Below are positions 50,026 through 60,140 of a DNA stretch of 64,000 bases, one piece after another. Position 1 is the first letter of the stretch, and each line of letters begins with the position of its first letter. The notes beneath the pieces were generated by a model. That model did not search any database, was not told where the DNA came from, and saw only the letters and a list, made by a program, of their open reading frames with translations. The stretch spans positions 1-64,000 of the forward strand of contig JBDRKI010000037.1 of the NCBI GenBank assembly GCA_043814095.1, given 5' to 3'. The translations under genes were made by a program, and so were the position numbers. The DNA is from Armatimonadota bacterium (lineage in GTDB: Bacteria; Vulcanimicrobiota; JACPDS01; JBDRKI01).

Positions 50026-52065
50026 GTGAGAGGAATATTTTTTAAAAAACAAAATACGTTTTCTCTGTTTGCCTTTATTATAATTTTAAGCATGTTATTG
50101 TTGGTTCTTAATAACTGCGGCGGAGGGGCTTCTTCAGGTTCTGCTTCCGTAAGTTCGGTTTCTTCAGCCGATACATCTCTTGATAATATTCAAACAGGCT
50201 CATTCAGAGCTGAGATTCTATGGCCGGAAAGAGCGGGCAGTAAACTAATTCCATCAGATACCCAGCAGGTAGTTTTTACCGTAAGCGGACAGGGTTTAAC
50301 AACCGAAAGAACCGAAAGGATAGTCTACGGGACAACAACAGTTACTTTCGAGGAGCTGCCTGTCGGGACAAAAACAGCCGAGGTAAAAGCAATAAACGGC
50401 GAAGGAACAACTCTTGCTCACAGAATAGTTGATTTTGTCGTAAGTTCCGGTCAGACCGCGACTTCCAGCATTATATTAGGGGTCTCAATAACTTCAACAG
50501 GCTATATCCCGCAGAATATAACTATATCCGCTAATGATACATTATACTGGGTTAACTCAGACAGCACAGGGAGCCATCAGATTATATCCGTAGGCGGCAA
50601 ATTTACAAACTCAGGAAGCTTGGCTTACGGACAGTCATATAATTACCAGTTCACAACAGTAGATACCTGTGAATATTATGATAACGGCAACCATACTTTA
50701 AGGGGAAGCGTTATTGTAGAAGCAGAACCGTATATTGATTCTCTAATCGTTTCCACAGGGACTGTCGGAACGGCTGTTACGATAAACGGAGGAAATTTCG
50801 GGTCCTCGCAGGGCACATCAACCGTTACATTTAACGGTATAACCGCTTCAAATATTACAAGCTGGTCAAGCACGCAGATTCAGTGCACCGTGCCGGCTTA
50901 CGCGACAAGCGGGAATGTCGTGGCAACCGTGGGCGGGCAGGCAAGTAACGGCATATCATTTACCATGAATACACCTTCAATTACAACCCTAAGCATTGAT
51001 ACCGGTATAGTAGGAGCTTCTGTCACGATAACAGGCACTAATTTCGGGAGTGCCCAGGGTTCATCAACCGTCACCTTCAACGGTGTTTCAGCTTCAATAA
51101 CAAGCTGGTCTAATACACAGATTGTCTGTACCGTTCCTAGCTGTACTACAGGAGATGTTGTTGTAACGGTTGCGGGCAACGCTTCAGACGGAAGTTCATT
51201 CACTCCCGCAACGGGCTGGACAGCACAGACAAGCGGTGTGTCGGGCTGGCTTAACGGCATTATATTTACCGATGCAAATAACGGCTGGGCGACGGGAACA
51301 CAGGATTGTTTAAGAACAACAAACGGCGGTACTAACTGGACTACGGTTTATAGTATAGGAGGAGCCACTTTTTATACTATTTACGCGTTAAATAATCTAA
51401 AGGCATGGGCAGGCGGAAGTAAAGAGAATTGTTATTATACCACAGATGGCGGCTCAAACTGGACAGGTGTATGGGTTAACACATATCATATAACTACAAT
51501 TTTTATGATCAATGAAAATATAGGGTGGCTGGCATGTAATGATTACGGACAGACAGTTAAAAGAACCGGGGGCGCTGGAACCAGCTGGTCTAATGTTTAT
51601 GATGCAGGTTCGTACCGTATAAAATCAATTCATGCCGAGAATGTAAATCAGGTATGGGGTGTCGGTACAAGCGGAAGAATTATTTATTCATCAAATAGCG
51701 GCTCAAGCTGGACAGTACAGACAAGCGGTACGGCATATAATCTTTACAGTGTCTGGTTTACGGATACAAGCAACGGCTGGGCCGTAGGAGAAGCAGGCAC
51801 TATAATTCATACAATAGACGGGGGAAGTAACTGGGCATCCCAGACAAGCGGTACGAACGAATGTTTATACGGCGTATGTTTTGTTGATTCCAGCCACGGC
51901 TGGGCGGTAGGCGGCGGCGGCACGGTTATATATACCACCGACGGAGGCACTACATGGACAGCCCAGGCAAGCGGCACGGTGAAAAGTTTAAGAAGTGTCA
52001 GCTTTGTTGATATAACTCACGGATGGGTATCGGGTGAGAGCGGAACAATCCTTTATTACTATTAA
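50026..52065 (+). CDS. Lipoprotein: INWP domain, cupredoxin-like, 2x IPT/TIG, YCF48/BNR beta-propeller (copy 1)
   Basis: LNNC lipobox-like; EILWPERAGSKLIP; GNFGSSQG; GWAVG...TTDGG..W..QTSG repeats; GTG start. Confidence 0.85.
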   Translation: MRGIFFKKQNTFSLFAFIIILSMLLLVLNNCGGGASSGSASVSSVSSADTSLDNIQTGSFRAEILWPERAGSKLIPSDTQQVVFTVSGQGLTTERTERIVYGTTTVTFEELPVGTKTAEVKAINGEGTTLAHRIVDFVVSSGQTATSSIILGVSITSTGYIPQNITISANDTLYWVNSDSTGSHQIISVGGKFTNSGSLAYGQSYNYQFTTVDTCEYYDNGNHTLRGSVIVEAEPYIDSLIVSTGTVGTAVTINGGNFGSSQGTSTVTFNGITASNITSWSSTQIQCTVPAYATSGNVVATVGGQASNGISFTMNTPSITTLSIDTGIVGASVTITGTNFGSAQGSSTVTFNGVSASITSWSNTQIVCTVPSCTTGDVVVTVAGNASDGSSFTPATGWTAQTSGVSGWLNGIIFTDANNGWATGTQDCLRTTNGGTNWTTVYSIGGATFYTIYALNNLKAWAGGSKENCYYTTDGGSNWTGVWVNTYHITTIFMINENIGWLACNDYGQTVKRTGGAGTSWSNVYDAGSYRIKSIHAENVNQVWGVGTSGRIIYSSNSGSSWTVQTSGTAYNLYSVWFTDTSNGWAVGEAGTIIHTIDGGSNWASQTSGTNECLYGVCFVDSSHGWAVGGGGTVIYTTDGGTTWTAQASGTVKSLRSVSFVDITHGWVSGESGTILYYY

Positions 52066-52073
52066 GGGTATAT

Positions 52074-54116
52074 ATGAGAAATATTTTAAAATATACAAAG
52101 AGTAAACAGTTGCTGTACTTATGTCTTTCTGCTGTTATTTTAAGTTGTGTTTTTTCTCTATGTGCGGGATGCGGTAGTAATACCGTACAAACATTGCCGG
52201 TATCCGAAAATAATAATGTTTCTCTTGATAGTACCCAATCTACTGCAGGGGGAGATGTAAGAGTTAAGATTTACTGGCCCGAAAAGGCGGTTAAGAATAA
52301 ATTAATACCTTCATCCACTCAAAGCATAATTTTTACGGTAAGCGGTCAGGGGTTAGACAGTGAAAGAATTACGGTTATCCCGTACGGCACAACGGAGACA
52401 ACAATAGAAAATCTTCCGTCTGGGAATAAAACTCTTAAAATTAAAGCGGTAAACGGAAGCGGCGCGACTTTGGCTCACAGGATTGTCGCTTTTGTTGTAA
52501 ATTCGGGACAAACGACAAACATCAGCGCCATACTGGGTGTTTCAATAACTTCAACAGGATTTATCCCGCAGAATATAACCATATCTGCCAATGATACTTT
52601 ATACTGGGTTAATTCGGATGATTCCGCCAGCCATAAGATTATATCCGACGGAGGCGGGTTTCCCGACTCCGGTGTGCTGGCATACGGGGAATCTTATAAT
52701 CATCAGTTTACCGCCGCGGACACATATAATTATTACGATAACGGCAATCATGCTTTAAGAGGCAGTGTAATTGTAAAAGGCGCGCCTACTATTACTTCTT
52801 TAAGTACTTCAACAGTTACATTCGGTACGGCAGTTACAATAAACGGTACTAATTTCGGGGGCTCTCAGGGCACTTCAACAGTTACATTTAACGGTACAAC
52901 GGCAACAAATATTACAAGCTGGTCAGGCACACAGATCCAGTGTACGGTACCGGTTAATGTGACAAGCGGGAATGTTGTAGTAACAGTTGATAATCAGGCA
53001 AGCAACGGTTCCGCGTTTACAATAAATACGCCTTCTATTTCAGGCTTAAATGTTGATACGGGCATGGTGGGCGGTTCCGTTACAATAACAGGCACTAATT
53101 TCGGATCATCTCAAGGCACATCAACAGTTACCTTTAATAGCGTTTCAGCTTCAATAACAAGCTGGTCAAATACGCAGATTGTCTGTACTATACCAAGCAC
53201 AACTACGGGTAATGTGATTGTAACGGTAGCGGGCAACACTTCAAATGGAGTCAGTTTTACGGTTTCAAGCGGCTGGACAGCTCAGACGAGCGGGGTAACT
53301 TCTACTATAATGCAGATTGTTTTTCTTGACGCGAGCAACGGCTGGGCGGCCGGAGGAAGTTATTGTTTTAAAACCGTAAACGGAGGCAGTAACTGGACTG
53401 CATATAATATAGGGGGGTATGCGCTTCAGAGTATTTCGGCGGTAAGCACCCAGAAAGCATGGGCAGTGGGTTCTCCGAGGAATTTTCCTTACACAACAAA
53501 CGGAGGTTCCTCCTGGTCATACGGCGATTTATGGGCTTACAATTCAGTCGAGATATTTATGATTAATGAAAGTATCGGCTGGGTAACATATGATTACGGC
53601 AGGAACTTTAGAAAAACGAGTAATGGCGGAGCTAACTGGTCTTTTATTTATGATGCCAACCCTTATTACATATACTCGCTTCATGCCGAAAATACAAGCC
53701 AGATCTGGGGCGCGGGTTCAGGCGGCAGGATTGTTTATTCCTCAAACGGCGGTAGCGGTTGGTCAGCCCAGACAAGCGGCACTACAAATTCTCTTTATTG
53801 CATCTGGTTTACCGATGTAAATAACGGCTGGGCGGTAGGTGAAGCAGGCACAATACTCCATACCGTAAACGGCGGCACAAACTGGTCAACCCAGACAAGC
53901 GGCACGAACCATCCTTTATACGGTGTCTGTTTTGTTGATTCCACCCACGGCTGGGCGGTGGGCGCAAGCGGCATAATTCTATATACCACGGACGGAGGCA
54001 GTAACTGGATATCCCAGACAAGCGGTACATTCAGGAGTTTAAAAAGCGTAAGTTTTATTGATATAACTCACGGATGGGTATGCGGTGAAGGCGGTGTAAT
54101 CCTTTACTATAATTAA
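52074..54116 (+). CDS. Lipoprotein, same architecture (copy 2)
   Basis: CAGC lipobox; KIYWPEKAVKNKLIP; IPT/TIG x2; BNR repeats. Confidence 0.85.
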   Translation: MRNILKYTKSKQLLYLCLSAVILSCVFSLCAGCGSNTVQTLPVSENNNVSLDSTQSTAGGDVRVKIYWPEKAVKNKLIPSSTQSIIFTVSGQGLDSERITVIPYGTTETTIENLPSGNKTLKIKAVNGSGATLAHRIVAFVVNSGQTTNISAILGVSITSTGFIPQNITISANDTLYWVNSDDSASHKIISDGGGFPDSGVLAYGESYNHQFTAADTYNYYDNGNHALRGSVIVKGAPTITSLSTSTVTFGTAVTINGTNFGGSQGTSTVTFNGTTATNITSWSGTQIQCTVPVNVTSGNVVVTVDNQASNGSAFTINTPSISGLNVDTGMVGGSVTITGTNFGSSQGTSTVTFNSVSASITSWSNTQIVCTIPSTTTGNVIVTVAGNTSNGVSFTVSSGWTAQTSGVTSTIMQIVFLDASNGWAAGGSYCFKTVNGGSNWTAYNIGGYALQSISAVSTQKAWAVGSPRNFPYTTNGGSSWSYGDLWAYNSVEIFMINESIGWVTYDYGRNFRKTSNGGANWSFIYDANPYYIYSLHAENTSQIWGAGSGGRIVYSSNGGSGWSAQTSGTTNSLYCIWFTDVNNGWAVGEAGTILHTVNGGTNWSTQTSGTNHPLYGVCFVDSTHGWAVGASGIILYTTDGGSNWISQTSGTFRSLKSVSFIDITHGWVCGEGGVILYYN

Positions 54117-54119
54117 GGA

Positions 54120-56192
54120 TTGAAAATATTTATGATGAAAAAGTTAAAAAATATAAAACAAAGATATTTATTACGGCTTTGTGCGGCAGTAATTATACTT
54201 TGCTTTGTCTTTTCATTAAGTGCGGGATGCAGTTCAAATACGGCTGATACTTTACCTGGCTCTGAAAACAGCATAGCATCTGCTTCAGTTGACGGTACGG
54301 TATTATACGGTGAAGGAGATGTAAGGGTTAAGGTTTACTGGCCTGAGAAAGAGATTAAGAGTAAATTAATACCTTCAAATACACAGCATATACTTATTAC
54401 AATAAGCGGGCAGGGATTAACTACCGACAGGGAAGCGCAGATTCCCTACGGCACGACCGAAGCCACAATAGAAAACCTGCCTGCCGGAAATAAAACCGCC
54501 GAGATCCAAGCTGTGGCAGGGAGCGGTTCGATTTTAGCTCACAGGTTTGTTGATTTTGTTATAAGTTCCGGCCAGACAACGGATGTCAGCGCCATATTAG
54601 GTGTTTCAATAACCGCAGATGGCTATATTCCCCAGAATATTACCATATCGCCTAATGATACATTATACTGGATAAATTCAGACAGTGCGGCAAATCATCA
54701 GATTATATCCGTGGGGGGCAAATTTACCAATTCGGGCAATCTGGCATACGGGCAATCATATAATTATCAGTTTACAACCGCTAATACCTGTGAATATTAT
54801 GATAATGCGGATCCTTCCATAAGAGGCAATGTAATAGTAAAGGCTTCACCGTATATTGATTCAATAAGCCCGTCTTCGGGGACGATAGGCACTTCTGTTA
54901 CGATAAACGGGGGGAATTTCGGGTCCTCGCAGGGCACATCAACCGTTACTTTTAACGGAGTAACCGCAACCAGCATAAGCAGCTGGGGTAATACGCAGAT
55001 AACATGTACGGTTCCTACTTATTCAACTACAGGTACTGTAATTGTAACGGTAGCAGGACAAGCCAGCAATGCCCAGAGCTTTACAATGAGCATTCCTTCC
55101 ATTTCAGGTTTAAGTGTTGATAACGGGGCGATAGGCACTTCCGTTACCATAAACGGAAATTATTTCGGGTCAACCCAGGGAACATCAAAAGTTACATTTA
55201 ACGGTATAACCGCATCAATTACAAGCTGGGGTAATACTCAGATAATATGTACTGTTCCTGATGCGACAACAGGCAATGTAGTTGTTACCGTGAGCGGTAA
55301 TGCCTCAAACGGGGTTGCTTTTACAGTGAACAACAGCTGGTCAGCCCAGGCAAGCGCTATAACGGGTGATGTTAGAAGTATTATATTTACCGATGCAAAC
55401 AACGGCTGGGCGGCGGGACTTCAATATTGTGTAAGAACTACAAACGGCGGTACTGACTGGACTACGGTTTACGATTTAGGGGGCGGTACTACTCTTTATA
55501 CTATTTCGGCATTAAATAATATGAGGGCATGGACAGCCGGAAGTCCCACTAATTGTTATTATACCACAGACGGCGGTTCAAGCTGGACAGGTGTATGGTT
55601 TAATACATCTAGTGCCAGTTCGGTCTTTATGATTAATGAAAATATCGGCTGGATGTCCTGCGGCTGGGAATATGGACAGACAGTTAAAAAAACCAGTAAC
55701 GGGGGGGCTAGCTGGTCTAATATTTACGATGCAGGCGCGTACCGTATAAAATCAATTCATGCCGAGAATGCAAATCAGGTATGGATGGTCGGTACAGGCG
55801 GCAGGATTCTTTATTCATTAGACGGTGGTAGTAGTAGGGCGGTACAGACAAGCGGCACTGCAAATAACCTGTGGAGTGTCTTCTTTACCGATACAAGCAA
55901 CGGCTGGGCGGTAGGCGATTCAGGCACGATTCTTCATACTTCAAACGGCGGATCTTCCTGGTCAGCACAGACAAGCGGCACGGCACAGCATTTATACGGT
56001 GTCTGCTTTGTTGATTCTGACTGGGGCTGGGCGTGCGGCGCGAACGGCACAATCCTTTATACCAGCAACGGCGGTACAAACTGGTCAGCCCAGACAAGCG
56101 GTACGGCACAGCATTTATACGGAATAAATTTTGTTGATGTAACTCACGGCTGGTGCTGCGGCGCAAGCGGCACTATCCTTTATTATCATTAA
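54120..56192 (+). CDS. Lipoprotein, same architecture (copy 3)
   Basis: SAGC lipobox; KVYWPEKEIKSKLIP; IPT/TIG x2; BNR repeats; true start may be a few codons downstream. Confidence 0.85.
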   Translation: MKIFMMKKLKNIKQRYLLRLCAAVIILCFVFSLSAGCSSNTADTLPGSENSIASASVDGTVLYGEGDVRVKVYWPEKEIKSKLIPSNTQHILITISGQGLTTDREAQIPYGTTEATIENLPAGNKTAEIQAVAGSGSILAHRFVDFVISSGQTTDVSAILGVSITADGYIPQNITISPNDTLYWINSDSAANHQIISVGGKFTNSGNLAYGQSYNYQFTTANTCEYYDNADPSIRGNVIVKASPYIDSISPSSGTIGTSVTINGGNFGSSQGTSTVTFNGVTATSISSWGNTQITCTVPTYSTTGTVIVTVAGQASNAQSFTMSIPSISGLSVDNGAIGTSVTINGNYFGSTQGTSKVTFNGITASITSWGNTQIICTVPDATTGNVVVTVSGNASNGVAFTVNNSWSAQASAITGDVRSIIFTDANNGWAAGLQYCVRTTNGGTDWTTVYDLGGGTTLYTISALNNMRAWTAGSPTNCYYTTDGGSSWTGVWFNTSSASSVFMINENIGWMSCGWEYGQTVKKTSNGGASWSNIYDAGAYRIKSIHAENANQVWMVGTGGRILYSLDGGSSRAVQTSGTANNLWSVFFTDTSNGWAVGDSGTILHTSNGGSSWSAQTSGTAQHLYGVCFVDSDWGWACGANGTILYTSNGGTNWSAQTSGTAQHLYGINFVDVTHGWCCGASGTILYYH

Positions 56193-56208
56193 ATTAACGG
56201 GGTGTATT

Positions 56209-57201
56209 ATGATACATAAAAGAAAAATAATTGCATACATAATCTGTATCATCTCTCTTTTATTTGCCGCGGGCATTATAGCCGGCTGCGGGGGGGGAAG
56301 CGGATCATCCGGTGGCGGAGGGACCTCGGCAACGGCAGTTGTAAATAATCCCACTTCCCCGGTTACTCCTGTTGAGTATGGCACGCTTGAGGTATGGGCA
56401 TATGAGGATACAGAGAGCACTAAAGGCACTCGGCCTCTGCGCGGCGCTCTGGTTACGGTTGTAGGTGCGGGAAGTAAATGGGCTTATACGGATTCTGCAG
56501 GGTATGCAAGAATAATAGATATAGAAACAGGAAGCTATTGTGTGACAATTACAAAAGCGGGTTATGATTCATATTCAAACATGGTTACGATAAGCACTAA
56601 TTTAACCTCTGCGGTAGGCACAAACGAAGCTCCTGTGGCACTGGGATTATCCACGAATCCTGCTGTTGCAAATGTTACACCTACCAAGGCGCTGGTAGGT
56701 AATGAGGTTGTAATAAGCGGTGTTAATTTCGGTACTGAAGAAGGCACGGTTAAATTTATTGATCCTGTATATAATAAAGAGAAAAATCTTACGGTAATTA
56801 CATGGTCAGATACCGAGATTATATGCGAGATGGTTGCCGGTGTTTCCAGCGGCTATATATATGTTTATAACAGTTCAAATGATATAAGCAGGCCGGTTAA
56901 AAATGTTAAATCTGGTCCGAGTATAAATCTTATCGCGAACCTGACGAGAAATACATCTAATTCGGGTTCTATAAGTGATGTTGTTATGATTCACGGGAGC
57001 GGTTTCGGTGATGACGCCACAGCCGTAAGTATAGCATTTAACGGTACATCAGCAGTGGTTACAAACTGCAGTCCTTACCAGCTAGTCTGTTCCGTGCCTT
57101 CCGGTGCCGCAACAGGCAACGTAGTGGTAACGGCTTCAGGGGCCTCATCAACAGGGTTATCATTTACGGTAAACGGCAATGCAGATGTTACTGTACAGTA
57201 A
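56209..57201 (+). CDS. Lipoprotein: carboxypeptidase-regulatory-like (transthyretin-fold) domain plus 2x IPT/TIG
   Basis: IAGC lipobox; PLRGALVTV...TDSAGY...G.Y.VTITKAGY; GVNFG, GSGFG; ends GNADVTVQ. Confidence 0.8.
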   Translation: MIHKRKIIAYIICIISLLFAAGIIAGCGGGSGSSGGGGTSATAVVNNPTSPVTPVEYGTLEVWAYEDTESTKGTRPLRGALVTVVGAGSKWAYTDSAGYARIIDIETGSYCVTITKAGYDSYSNMVTISTNLTSAVGTNEAPVALGLSTNPAVANVTPTKALVGNEVVISGVNFGTEEGTVKFIDPVYNKEKNLTVITWSDTEIICEMVAGVSSGYIYVYNSSNDISRPVKNVKSGPSINLIANLTRNTSNSGSISDVVMIHGSGFGDDATAVSIAFNGTSAVVTNCSPYQLVCSVPSGAATGNVVVTASGASSTGLSFTVNGNADVTVQ

Positions 57202-57239
57202 TAAAAAAGATAGGATAAATTAAAAAGCGGTAAAAAGGT

Positions 57240-58181
57240 ATGAGAAAAATATTTTTAGTTTTATTAAGTTGTATGTTTTTCGCTTATGGATGCGGGGGTG
57301 GAGGTATTTCTGGTAGTTCTACGCCTGCCGTAAGCAGTGATAATTCAACGGGTTTGTTTTGCTGTAAAATAAACTGGCCGGAGAAAGATTCATCTTCCGG
57401 TTCCCGCTATATTTCATCTTCTACTTCCACTATTAATATTACTATTACCGGAGACGGCATAACAGGTTCAATGACAAAGTCAGTGGCTTACGGGAGTTCG
57501 GAGATACTGGTTTATTCCGTGCCGGTGGGGAATAAGCAGGCTACCCTGTCCGCAGTAAATTCCAGCGGTACGGTTTTATCGCACAGGATTGTAAATTATA
57601 TTCAGGCAGGCGGTCAGATAACGTCTGTACAGGCGAATATGGGAGTAACGGTAAAAGATAATGAAGTTATCCCTTCTTCTATGACTATCCCTGTCAGTAC
57701 GAGTTTAACATTTAAAAATAACGGCAGCAAAAGTTATTCTATAAAGATTACTCCTCCTAACGCGGGAACGGTAACTACAAATTATATAGTTACAAACGCT
57801 TCTTTTACATATGCTTTTAATACTGCAGGCACTTATACGGGTTATGTGGTAGAAGAACCTGCACTGACATTTACCATTACGGTAACGGATGACCCACAGC
57901 CGTATTCAGGGCCTCTTGCTATTAACGCATTGGTACCTTCAAGCGGATCAGTAGGGACTACGGTAAATATTATAGGTTCGGGGTTCGGTTCCGTTCAAGG
58001 GACGAGCACGGTTACATTTAACGGTACGGCTGTAACCCCTATCTCTTGGAGCCCTTACCAGATAGTATGCCTGGTGCCTTCGGGCGCATCTACGGGCAAT
58101 GTAGTAGTTACGGTAAGCGGTACGGCTTCAAATGCGGAAGCATTTACAGTAACAGGGGGCTGGACGCCTACTGTGCAGTAA
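57240..58181 (+). CDS. Lipoprotein: INWP domain, cupredoxin-like, IPT/TIG
   Basis: AYGC lipobox; KINWPEKDSSSGSRYIS; FNTAGTY; GSGFGSVQG; ends GGWTPTVQ. Confidence 0.8.
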   Translation: MRKIFLVLLSCMFFAYGCGGGGISGSSTPAVSSDNSTGLFCCKINWPEKDSSSGSRYISSSTSTINITITGDGITGSMTKSVAYGSSEILVYSVPVGNKQATLSAVNSSGTVLSHRIVNYIQAGGQITSVQANMGVTVKDNEVIPSSMTIPVSTSLTFKNNGSKSYSIKITPPNAGTVTTNYIVTNASFTYAFNTAGTYTGYVVEEPALTFTITVTDDPQPYSGPLAINALVPSSGSVGTTVNIIGSGFGSVQGTSTVTFNGTAVTPISWSPYQIVCLVPSGASTGNVVVTVSGTASNAEAFTVTGGWTPTVQ

Positions 58182-58245
58182 ATAAAAATTAGAAATTGCG
58201 AATTTCTGCCGGACATCCGGGATAAAATAGCTAAGGAGCAGAACA

Positions 58246-59043
58246 ATGGTTGATAATTATTTTAAAAGCGGATTTTTTGTGCGAGAAGTTAAAAATGATG
58301 ATGCAGAAGGGACAATTTTTTATATCCACGGACTGGGCGAGTCAGGACTTTGTTTTGAAGAGCTTATGACTGACACTAGGATAAATAAGTGGAACCACAT
58401 CTCACTGGATATACCTGGGTACGGCAAATCGCCACGGGAAGAGAATCCTCTTAGTTTTAAACAGATGGTAAGTCTTTTTTCAAAATGGATTAAGAAAAAC
58501 ATAAAAGAGCCGGTTGTCCTGCTGGGCCATTCCATGGGAGGGGTAATCGGCACTATCTTATGTGAGAAACACCCCGGTCTTATCAAAGCCTTTATAAATG
58601 TTGAGGGAAACTTATCTTTACAGGACTGTACTTTCAGCTGGAAAGCCGCGGAATATACCCTTCCAGAGTTCAAAGAGGGCGGTTTTGAGAACATGTGCAA
58701 CATTATTTACAAAGCAGGTATTAAAGAAACATCTTTAAGAGGTTATTATGCCAGCCTGCGCATGTGTGATATAAACGCTTATTACAAAAACAGCTTAGAG
58801 CTTGTGGAATTATCCAAAAAAGAACAGCTTGCAGAGCGTCTTTTTAAATTAAAGATACCTGTATCATATATACTTGGCCACCCGGGCGGGGTAGGCGAGT
58901 ATTCCAGATCTCTTCTTTCCCGAGCGGGTATTAAATATCATGTTATTGAAGGCGCGGGACACTGGCCTTTAACCGATCAGCCGGATAAGTTTATAGAGAA
59001 TATATCTTCCTTTCTGAATTCGGTAGATACTTGCAGGTTATAA
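58246..59043 (+). CDS. Alpha/beta hydrolase
   Basis: IHGLG, DIPGYGKS, GHSMGG, GAGHWP. Confidence 0.9.
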   Translation: MVDNYFKSGFFVREVKNDDAEGTIFYIHGLGESGLCFEELMTDTRINKWNHISLDIPGYGKSPREENPLSFKQMVSLFSKWIKKNIKEPVVLLGHSMGGVIGTILCEKHPGLIKAFINVEGNLSLQDCTFSWKAAEYTLPEFKEGGFENMCNIIYKAGIKETSLRGYYASLRMCDINAYYKNSLELVELSKKEQLAERLFKLKIPVSYILGHPGGVGEYSRSLLSRAGIKYHVIEGAGHWPLTDQPDKFIENISSFLNSVDTCRL

Positions 59044-59113
59044 CAAAGGTATTTTCCGGTAAATATAGAAAATACTGTAAAATAACACTTTTTTATATTC
59101 CGGAGGATAAAAT

Positions 59114-60133
59114 ATGTCCAGAAAAATCCTTTTTACCGTTATTTCCCTTTTTATTCTTGTATTTTGTATGCAGTTAAGCCTCTATGCGGATAAGGATATA
59201 ATTGATGCCGGCCTTCAAATTACAAGTCCCGCTCAGGGGGCTTCTTTTGAGCCGGGGCAGGACTGTGTAATAAACGTAACTATGAATAAGGATGCCGCTC
59301 AGACTGCAAAAAGTTTATTAATCCGGTTTACCCAGAATAACCGCATAACAGATAAATTAATAGAGGAAGGCATTCAACCTCTTACTCAAGTTACAATACA
59401 TATTCCTTCTAACATATCAGCGGGGCCGGTGGAGATTTATGTCCAGCTTAATTCGGATAGTGAGCTTAAAAATAATATAGCAAAGCAAACTGTAAATATT
59501 ATTAAAGAAAAACCGGATGTAGATATAGAAATAACAGAACCTGTAAAAGACGCAAAATTTTGTGCCGGTGAAGATATTAAAATTAATACAAAGATAAATT
59601 CTGAAGCTATAAGCGGGGTTAAATACATAGAGGTTAATCTGTGCAAAGATGATGAAGTTGTAGTTCGGGCAGAAATAGATAAGCCGCAGGAAAAGAATAA
59701 TACTGTCTTACAGATTCCTAAGAACGCGAAACCCGGTGATCTTTTTACGGTTAAAGCTGTAGCTATGCCGTGCAGGCATCTTTCTGATCATACGGCTAAG
59801 GTTGCCATAGGTATTAAAGAAATTGACGCGGAATTAAGACTTATAATGCCGGGTATGGGCGCTTCTATAAAACAGAGCGAAGAGTTTGAAATACAGTTCA
59901 GTATAAATGAAGATGCTTTGAAATTGGCGGAAAAAGTGCTTATTAAACTTAAAACCCCTGTAGATACAATTCTTTATACAAAGACAATAGATGATCCGCA
60001 GGCAATTAACAGTATTAGGGCAAAACTTAAAAAAAGAGATTATATGGGTGACGCTGATCTTTATATAACTTTAAGCCCGCATAAAGGTCTTAAGAATTAT
60101 GAAGTTAAGCAAGTTATAAGAGTAATAGAATAG
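59114..60133 (+). CDS. Secreted protein with three Ig-like repeats, short paralog of 23805..28469
   Basis: IDAGLQITSPAQG...GQD..INVTMNKDA...RFTQNN; three ~102-aa units. Confidence 0.8.
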   Translation: MSRKILFTVISLFILVFCMQLSLYADKDIIDAGLQITSPAQGASFEPGQDCVINVTMNKDAAQTAKSLLIRFTQNNRITDKLIEEGIQPLTQVTIHIPSNISAGPVEIYVQLNSDSELKNNIAKQTVNIIKEKPDVDIEITEPVKDAKFCAGEDIKINTKINSEAISGVKYIEVNLCKDDEVVVRAEIDKPQEKNNTVLQIPKNAKPGDLFTVKAVAMPCRHLSDHTAKVAIGIKEIDAELRLIMPGMGASIKQSEEFEIQFSINEDALKLAEKVLIKLKTPVDTILYTKTIDDPQAINSIRAKLKKRDYMGDADLYITLSPHKGLKNYEVKQVIRVIE

Positions 60134-60140
60134 GAGGATT

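Noticed and set aside
50026-56192. Diversity-generating retroelement targets
   Set aside because: No reverse transcriptase or non-coding template repeat in the window; differences are not evidently adenine-specific.
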